Positions 56,051-64,000 of a DNA stretch of 64,000 nucleotides are shown one piece after another. Source of the stretch: Octopus vulgaris. Its lineage: Eukaryota. The notes below the pieces were generated by a model. The model had not been told where the DNA came from and searched no databases. It saw only the letters and a program-made list of their open reading frames with translations. The position numbers and the translations under genes were made by a program. Within the stretch, counting starts at the first letter, position 1; every line of letters starts with the position of its first letter. The stretch covers positions 91,388,001-91,452,000 of the forward strand of contig OX597814.1 of the NCBI GenBank assembly GCA_951406725.2. Reading direction: 5' to 3'.

Positions 56051-56800
56051 TATACATATTGCCCAATTTTTAGCCACGCCAAGTGAGAAAAGCATGCTTC
56101 CAAGAAGAGTTTTAATCAAGCGAATACGTCAGATATTTTCATCGTTTAGCTTTGAATACTACATCTACTCAATTCGGTACAGTTTTTATGTTGTAAGAAT
56201 GTCCAAAATCTTTACTCCACCGATTGTATTATAGTCATAGCTGTTGTGCTTTTATAGATTGTAAATACTAAGAAACGGAATCGCTTTGTGGAAAGCTTTG
56301 AATAAGTTTAATTGATTAAAATATTTTCCTCTTGATCACATCGTATACGTTACACCTTATTACATTTGTATTTAGCATGTATACGAGTAGTTACATCGAG
56401 CTGATTTGTGTAGCATGTTAATGCAAGTTCATTAACAACTGGATAGAAAGCAAAGCTATCAGATAAAAAATAATTTAAATCGAACACAAGAAGAACAGTA
56501 TGTGTACTTGCGTGTGTCTGTATAATAATTAGTGCATAGCATACTGCTTTATATATAAAGATATGAAATCGATATACCACCTGTAGCTTATATTTATAAA
56601 CAAGAGTTTATTAAAGGGAAAGAACTCCAAAGAATTTGTAAAAGTTATGTCCCTGGAAATATCTTTTTCGCTTTCTCTCACACTTCCCTTCTCTGATTCT
56701 CTCTCTATCACTCTATCTCTATTTCTCTCTCATTCTATCTCTCCCCATCTGTCTGTCTGTTTCTGTCTTTCTTCCCCTCACACCTCCCCCTCTCTCACTT

Positions 56801-56860
<60 letters not shown>

Positions 56861-57039
56861 TGTGTGTGTGTGTTTGTAGTGTGTGTGTATATATGTATGT
56901 GTGTATATTCATATATATATATAGAGAGAGGGGGAGGGAGAGAGAGAAATAGAGAGTGAGGAAGAGAGAGAGAAAGAGAGAGAGGAAATTTATAGAAAAA
57001 CAATAGACGAAGACATGTGTATGAACATTATGTTTTCTC

Positions 57040-57256
57040 TTTTATCTTTTAAATGTTTCAGTCATTTGATGTGGCCACGCTCGGGCACCGCCTTGAAGGG
57101 CGTTAGCAAACACAAATCGATCCCAGGACTTAATTTTTGGAAGTATGATACTTATTCTATCGGATTCTAAGTTACAGGGGTGTAAACACACCAACATTGG
57201 TTGTCAAGCGGTGGGTGGGGCTGCAAAACAAGCATAAATACACACGCATCTGTATA

Positions 57257-57292
<36 letters not shown>

Positions 57293-57460
57293 GAGATTGA
57301 TATGACTGGCTACTTTCAACCTCCGTCTACCAAATCGATTCACAAGGCTTTGGTAGATACGAGGCTATACGAGAAACCACTTGCCCAAGGTACCACGGAG
57401 TGGCGGTGAACGTGGAACGATGTGATTGAGAAGCTAACTTCACACCACATAGCCACGCCT
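57040..57460 (-). mobile_element. SINE family A, diverged (a further partial copy follows to ~57700)
   Basis: Reverse-complement match: tttcagtcatttga...cacaaggctttgg...cacttgcccaaggtacca. Confidence 0.75.
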
Positions 57461-57740
57461 TATATCATACTCGTTATTATCTTGTAATCGTTGCAGTTAC
57501 TGGATTTCCGCCCTGCGGTGGGGTACCGCCTTGAAGTATTTAAGGCGAACGAATCCATTCCAATTACTTACTTTCTTTTATTTATCTTTTTATTTTAAGC
57601 CAGCTACTTAATCCATTGGTTTCTGTCACCGAACAGCTAAGTTAAAGAAACATAAACGGTCGTCAAGTGGTGGTGGAAAATGAACAGAGACACGAACACA
57701 CTCACGCAGTCACACACACACACACACAATCACACACACC

Positions 57741-57785
<45 letters not shown>

Positions 57786-57787
57786 TC

Positions 57788-58087
57788 TTGTCACGTGACC
57801 GACCAGACCATCAGACGTTGTTACACATCGCTGGTCACAATGCGTTCGCATTATTTTAGCCTTCGAATGACGCCACCCCGCTGGCTAAGCGAGCAGGCCA
57901 ACAGAAGAAAGAGTGAGAGAAAGAGTGGTGAAAGAGTACAGCAGGGATCACCACCCCCTGCCGGAGCCCCGTGGAGCTTTTAGATGTTTTCGCTCAATAA
58001 ACACTCACAACGCCCGGTCTGGGAATCGAAACCACGATCCTGCGACCGCGAGTCCGCTGCTCTAACCACTAGGCCATTGCGCCTCCA
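57788..58087 (-). mobile_element. SINE family C
   Basis: Reverse complement of 52672-52980. Confidence 0.85.
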
Positions 58088-58149
58088 CACACACACACAC
58101 ATACGCACACACACACACATACATATACATATATATATATATATACATC

Positions 58150-59625
58150 AGGTCGCTCATGGGTGCTATTGGTAACATGTCAGTTAGTACAACCTATACC
58201 ATGGTCGGGTCGTCGGAGACTAAACTGGCAAGCCTATCAAGCTTGCTTGGTGAAGAGGGTGAAATACCTAGGTTTGTGTCCAGGTGCGTGGTCGGCTCGC
58301 TGTGAGTGTGAGGCCTCTCTGTTGTTGTCACATCTCTCTAGGAGAGGGATACTCTGACAGAAAACCTGCAAGACTGACAAAATTCGATGATTTATGTTGA
58401 ATTAAATGGCTTAGCCACTTCCACCATTTTCGCTTCCGTAAGCAACTGAACCTTCTGGTTCTGCATGAAGCAGTGGGTCGGCTATGCGCTTCCTCTTGAA
58501 GATAAACGCAGGTGATATGAAATGCCCGGTGACGCTCAGTGCACACGCAGCACTCACAGTTCGTCCTTTCTCAGCACTAACTATTTGTTCAACCTGCTTC
58601 GCTCCCTTCAGTGAGATGACTTTTGGAACTCTCTGCACTGAGGACAGACTTGTTTCATCCATGTTGAAAATCCGATCAGCTGTGAAATGTTGCTGCTGAT
58701 AAAATTCTTTTAGAACATCAAAAAATCTGCCAACTTGGACCCTGTTGAATGCTGCAGCACGACGAGCAGCCGTTGACTGAGCAGTGTGTAGGTTCAGTGT
58801 TGGGTAACGCTTTAAAAATAAACCTGACGAAGAGAACTTCCTTTACGGACAGATTGCATGGCTGCCTGTATGTTGTTTGGAGTCCAATAGCCTCTTCCAA
58901 TTTTACGAATGTAAATTCTTACCATCTGAAAATAATAAGGAAATGGAATGAAGAAAGTGAGATAAAACTCACGCGCGCTCACATCCACTCACACCCCTGG
59001 TCACATACAGACACACACTCACATGCACACACATGTATACACACATACAAAGCACACACATGCATACACTTGCATTTCCATACACATACACCCATAGAAA
59101 CACACTAAGCTACACACATACGCACACATGCACACGCGTGTGCACACATACACAAACACACAAGCGCACACATATACACGCACACAAATAACATACACAC
59201 ATATGGGGCAAATGGGACAAGTGGACCGTTTTGCTCCAACACCTTTGGTCCGTTTTGCCCCATTCAGTTTACAACAAAAATTGTCTGCTCTGCATCCAAA
59301 CCTAAGGAAAAATCAAGGATATTGCTGCTTAAACTTTGACATTTGAAATATTTCAAAACATGATAGGCCATACTTACCTTAGGTGTTGGTATTTATTTCA
59401 TCAACAATATATATTTGAAATCAATACTTACATTGAAGAGTTGAATTTCAGTATTTTCCTTCCTGTGTCGTGAAAACTGACCCCAAAATGAGACTTTTCG
59501 GGATGCGTGATCGAAGGGAAGTAACTTTTAATTAGAAAGCCTTCACAACGGTTAAGTCCCATTTAGATGTCTAAAATGGGGCTGGTCCGTTTTACCCCAG
59601 TGGCCCATTTTGCCCTGGTTTCTCC
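58150..59625 (-). mobile_element. pogo/Tigger-like (DDE_1) DNA transposon relic with subterminal repeats
   Basis: RIFNMDETSLSSVQRVPKVISLKGAKQV..SAEKGRTVSAACALSVTGHFISPAFIFKRKR (58680-58411). Repeated gg(t/a)ccgtttt(g/a)c(c/t)cca motifs at 59223, 59247 and 59584, with a probable terminus at ~59625. Confidence 0.8.
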
Positions 59626-62019
59626 AATCATGAATTGGAATGGTGCACATGAAAGTTTGACAGGCGGTGCTTGTGCTTTACCCATTTTCCGAAAGGTTAT
59701 TCAGGCAGTGTATCGAGAAATTCAATACAAGTATTACAAGACACTACATCTGCGTTGTGTTAAAATAGTGTTGCTGTTCAATGTTTGTTCAATGGTTAAA
59801 TTTCCTATCCGATGCAATGTTCAACATTTGGTATTACAGGCAAGTTTCGTTATACTTATGAAAACCTCCCAACTTCAGCCTTGCTAACGGGGGAGGTTCC
59901 TGAGCAGTCACAGGGGAAATTGTGAAACATACGAAAAAGAAGCGGACGAGTACAAGATATAAATTCGTAAAAAAAGACTTGGTTATTGGCACGTGGACTT
60001 TTCTGATATAGTACTTTATTATTCCATGAAACTCAGAACAGTTGCTTCCGAGTGAAAATTTATAACATACACTCTCAAAATGCTAGAAATAGCTGCTAAA
60101 TTTTCCTCCAATCCCTCACTGCTGTCTCAAAGTAACGGAAGTATTAGGTAATGTTGTCCTACATATTTACAGAAAAGGGGATAAGGGATATAGAAGGAAT
60201 ACTTTCGATCAGAAATCTAATACAAAGCAAAAAGAGAAAAACTTGATTTTGTTTGGAAAGATATTTTTCATTCAAAACCTCTAACAAATGCTTTAGTTTA
60301 TTGTAAAGGGGAGATGCGATGGATAGGTCAAGTGACACGAAAATGTTTAGTTCTTCTTACATTTGTTTGACCCAAGTCGAATCAATCTATTATAAAATAC
60401 CTCCCAGTTCTAACCATGCCGTTTTTTTACTCCGGACAGCATTATCTAAATTGTCTCCATTTAATTAAAATATCAATGATGTGGTTTTAGAGAAACGTGG
60501 TTTCTGTTTTTAGCATGTTGTGTGGACATGTAGCAGACCCCATTTAAGTATTTTTATCTGGTAGCAATGAGTTTTGGAAAAACGTGGCGTTGTATATCAC
60601 ACAGAACCTTAAATTTGTTTATCGACAAAGATGCCATTGCGTATTTTATAATGGACATCGACATTTATTGGAGAAAAATAGTATTTCACATGGAAGTCAA
60701 CTGGAATTATAAGGATTTCAGGTAGATATTTATTGAGTTGTATACATTTGTCAATACTGACAAGATCTTAAATTGTAACGAGAAATAAAATGCGACACTT
60801 TCGGGAAATTTACATTGCCTAATGCATGGAGTTTGAATTTGAAACGTTTCAACATTCGTGATTTATATTGTCTAAAATTACTGAGTGTAAGAAATTACTA
60901 CTTTGGCAGTATGCCACAAATATGAAATACGATGGTTCAGCTATTTGAATCGATGTCACACCATGTCTAGTTCTCTTTTTGTCAACTCCACGGAGATAGA
61001 AAAAAAATGTATCAATAATAACAATAAGAAGAAATCCGTTGTTGCGGAAGAGTTTTCTGGCTCATTTTAAGTTCTCAAGGCAAGTTTATTTATAAGATGT
61101 ACTTGTCTGACAATGATAAATATGACTTGAAATTTTTTTTCTAATCTTCCTGAAATCTCTCTGAGATGAGAAAAGAAATGTATGAGTTCAAAGAGCATGT
61201 AATTAGGTTGACCTTGTAGAATACATCTACATATTTGATAATTTGCCATATAAGATAGATAATATGGTGAGAAGAAAATTGGAAGATTTATTACACGTAG
61301 GTAAAAATGATATCCGACTAGACTTAAATACGATATCTAAATCGATTCCGATTTGATTAAGTGCATGACATTGAAAGAAAATTATTGATAACTAGTGAAT
61401 ATCATTACTATTTCTGCTGAATTGTTAGTAACAGTTATTTGTGCTGACCCCTTATTCCAGTCATTTGAACGTATTCTCATTATTCCTGCAGCAGAGAACA
61501 ATCTCCAAATATTATAACTGGTATCAAAACTGTAACTCATTCCAGTTACCTAATTAAAAAAAAAATTAATTCTTTTCTCTATACAATTACTCTGCTAAAC
61601 GTGTATTAATAATTAATTTGTAAATCGTTCTCTTCTAAGTTCATTCCAACAACGTATAATTATTATAACTCTGATTGGAATATAGCAACTTTCAATATTA
61701 ACTATATTAAAAATTAAATGAGCTACCTGTATATAGCAATGATTAGAGAGCCAAGTACATACCAGGGTATCCATCACTATTGTTTCCGTCTTTTAATACA
61801 GATATAAGAAAATAAAAGTTGATAACGTGTAAGTATGAATAATTTTCAGTTAGCGGAAGGCAAGAGCGTCCCTGTTACAGATGTTCAGTGAATCGCGTAA
61901 CGCTGTTACTGTACTAATCTTGCATATATTACAAGAGGTCCTGACTTAGCTATCTTCCTTAGAGCCTGTAAAATTAAGATGTGATTACATTTTCCTTGTA
62001 CTGTATTTCAATTTATGAC

Positions 62020-62216
62020 TGCTTGTGAGTTAAGAAGTTTTGTTTCCCAACAGCGTGGTTCCGGTTTCAATCCTACTGCGTGACATATTGGGCAAGTGTC
62101 TTTTACTATAGTCCCGCACTAACCAAAGCTTTATCAATGACTTTCGGAGACGGAAAATGAACGAAGCCCATATATGTACATGCGTGTGTGCATCTGTGCG
62201 CGTGTTTGTGCGCGTT

Positions 62217-62291
<75 letters not shown>

Positions 62292-62480
62292 ATGCTTGTG
62301 TTTCAAAATTGGTGTCGGTTTGGTTACTTCCACGTAACCTAGCGGTTCGGCTGAAATAATCGATAGAACAAATACCAGGTTTTAGATACTTAAGAACTCT
62401 GGTCGACATGCTCTACTAAACTCTTCAAGGTGGTGCACCAACATGGCACTGTCTAAAGGTGGGAAACAAATGAAAGATGA
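62020..62480 (+). mobile_element. Old SINE family A copy
   Basis: ttcccaac..tggttccggtttcaatcc...ttgggcaagtgtctt...tagcggttcggc...ggtggtgcaccaacatggc. Confidence 0.75.
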
Positions 62481-62689
62481 ACGAACTGCAAGTAAGAAAT
62501 TAAAGTATGGGATATGTGATTTTTCGAATGAACTTCACATTAGGACCATCGTGTACATTAGAATCATCGAAGAAGCATCCTTGTTTAATATCCAGATAAA
62601 CTCATGCTCATTGCTGTAAGCGAAGACACAAATCAGACACAGTTTACCCCCACTGACAGATTTCAGCCGTACATAGTTGTAGTATATTT

Positions 62690-62842
62690 AAGAAAATAGG
62701 ATGACTAGCCTGGTGAGCGTTAATTATGTTTACCAGAATATGACCTCGGTGGAATTTAAATGCAAAACGTAAAGCTGTAAGAAATGCCGCAAAATATTTC
62801 TTACGGTTTTACGTGCTAAAGATTCTTCCAGCTCACCGCCTT
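62690..62842 (-). mobile_element. Old SINE family B copy
   Basis: gacctcggtggaattt...gaaatgccgc...ccagctcaccgcctt is the reverse complement of the family B head. Confidence 0.6.
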
Positions 62843-64000
62843 GGGCTACTCTCCGAATTTTATCGAAGTGAGTTGCAACAAATACTGAATGAAAATAACT
62901 GTTTACAATAATTTTATATATTTATCATTTAAATTTAATGTTTCAAGAAATATTAAGACTAAATTAGCATTTATTTCAAAAACTGAAACAGTAATAAATT
63001 GATTTTCAAGATAAATAACGTTGAACTATTTTTGGTTGTTAAATTTTAGTTACTGAAGATTTCAAGATCTGATATAATTTTTTTTTTTTTTTTACTGATA
63101 TTTAAATTTTAAAACCAAGTCGTTACAAAGATATAATAGAACCTTATTTTCCTGCGCTTCAGGTTTTATTTACAATTATTTGTTCACCAGCGGATAGACA
63201 GCTCAGCAATTAAGTAAAATACGTTTCTGGTGTCTACAGTTCTTCTCCTGAGCAAAAATTTACAAAACTAATATTGTAAATCTCCTGCAGATCTCACAGA
63301 GTACATATTCTACATGATCATTTTTGACATATTCATTGACTTACGAAACAGTTGTGTAGTGAATTTATAAAACCCTTTAACGATTTTATTCATCTCATCA
63401 GCTCTAAAAAAAGCATAAAACTATAAAACTCGAGTCGTATATCTTCTGCGCTTGTATCAAAGTTACTCTTCTTACTTTCTTTAGTTTATTACAAACAGTT
63501 TCACTTTTGATTTGCCTGCTTTAGTATTTGTCAGGTAAGACATCTTATGGGAGCCTATCAGGAATGAAAACTCAGCGAGCAAATTTTCTTCTGCTGAAAT
63601 TAAAACGAAGATAGATTTAAGTTCTAAATTTGCATATGCGACATGGCAAAGAACGCCGAATTATGCGTGAACAAACTCTAATCAATCACTTTATTAATAA
63701 AAAGGAGGGATTTTGAATAATAATTTTGGGAAGTAATTGGCTGTTAGATGTGTTTGTGAACCCCTGGTCAAGGTGCATTATTATTTCTAAAACATCATAG
63801 AATTTGATAAATAGATATATTCGACAACAGAGGGAAAGTATACGTAAGTTCCATGAATAAAAAAAATATTTATAAAACAATACATTTCATACTTTTGATA
63901 GCCAGAACTGTCAACTTCTTTCTCATAATACCCATAATCATTAAGCAATAAACATTTTCCATTTTTATCATGAAATATTAATATTGGCTTCAAATTTTGG

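Overview
Very AT-rich, microsatellite-dense eukaryotic non-coding DNA. The SINE families and overall repeat landscape match what I know of octopus (coleoid cephalopod) genomes; that assignment is an inference. No intact host gene could be supported, and nearly all supplied ORFs are translated microsatellites. The window is a collection of decayed mobile elements: Penelope-like retroelements (two Neptune-type GIY-YIG 3' ends and one Naiad-like RT), RTE, CR1/L2-like, Tx1/L1-like and R4/Dong-like LINE relics, mariner, pogo and hAT transposon relics, a probable Helentron-type element, and three tRNA-derived SINE families. The main signal is about 12 minimal type I hammerhead-ribozyme motifs (intact to degenerate). 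Most sit in short non-coding elements in or next to (TA)n tracts, several with the Penelope-style inverted terminal duplication. One (20427-20970) also has a tRNA-like Pol III head, and its inverted copy starts exactly at the predicted self-cleavage site, making it a candidate Penelope-mobilised, ribozyme-bearing SINE. All calls were made by eye and boundaries of degenerate elements are approximate.
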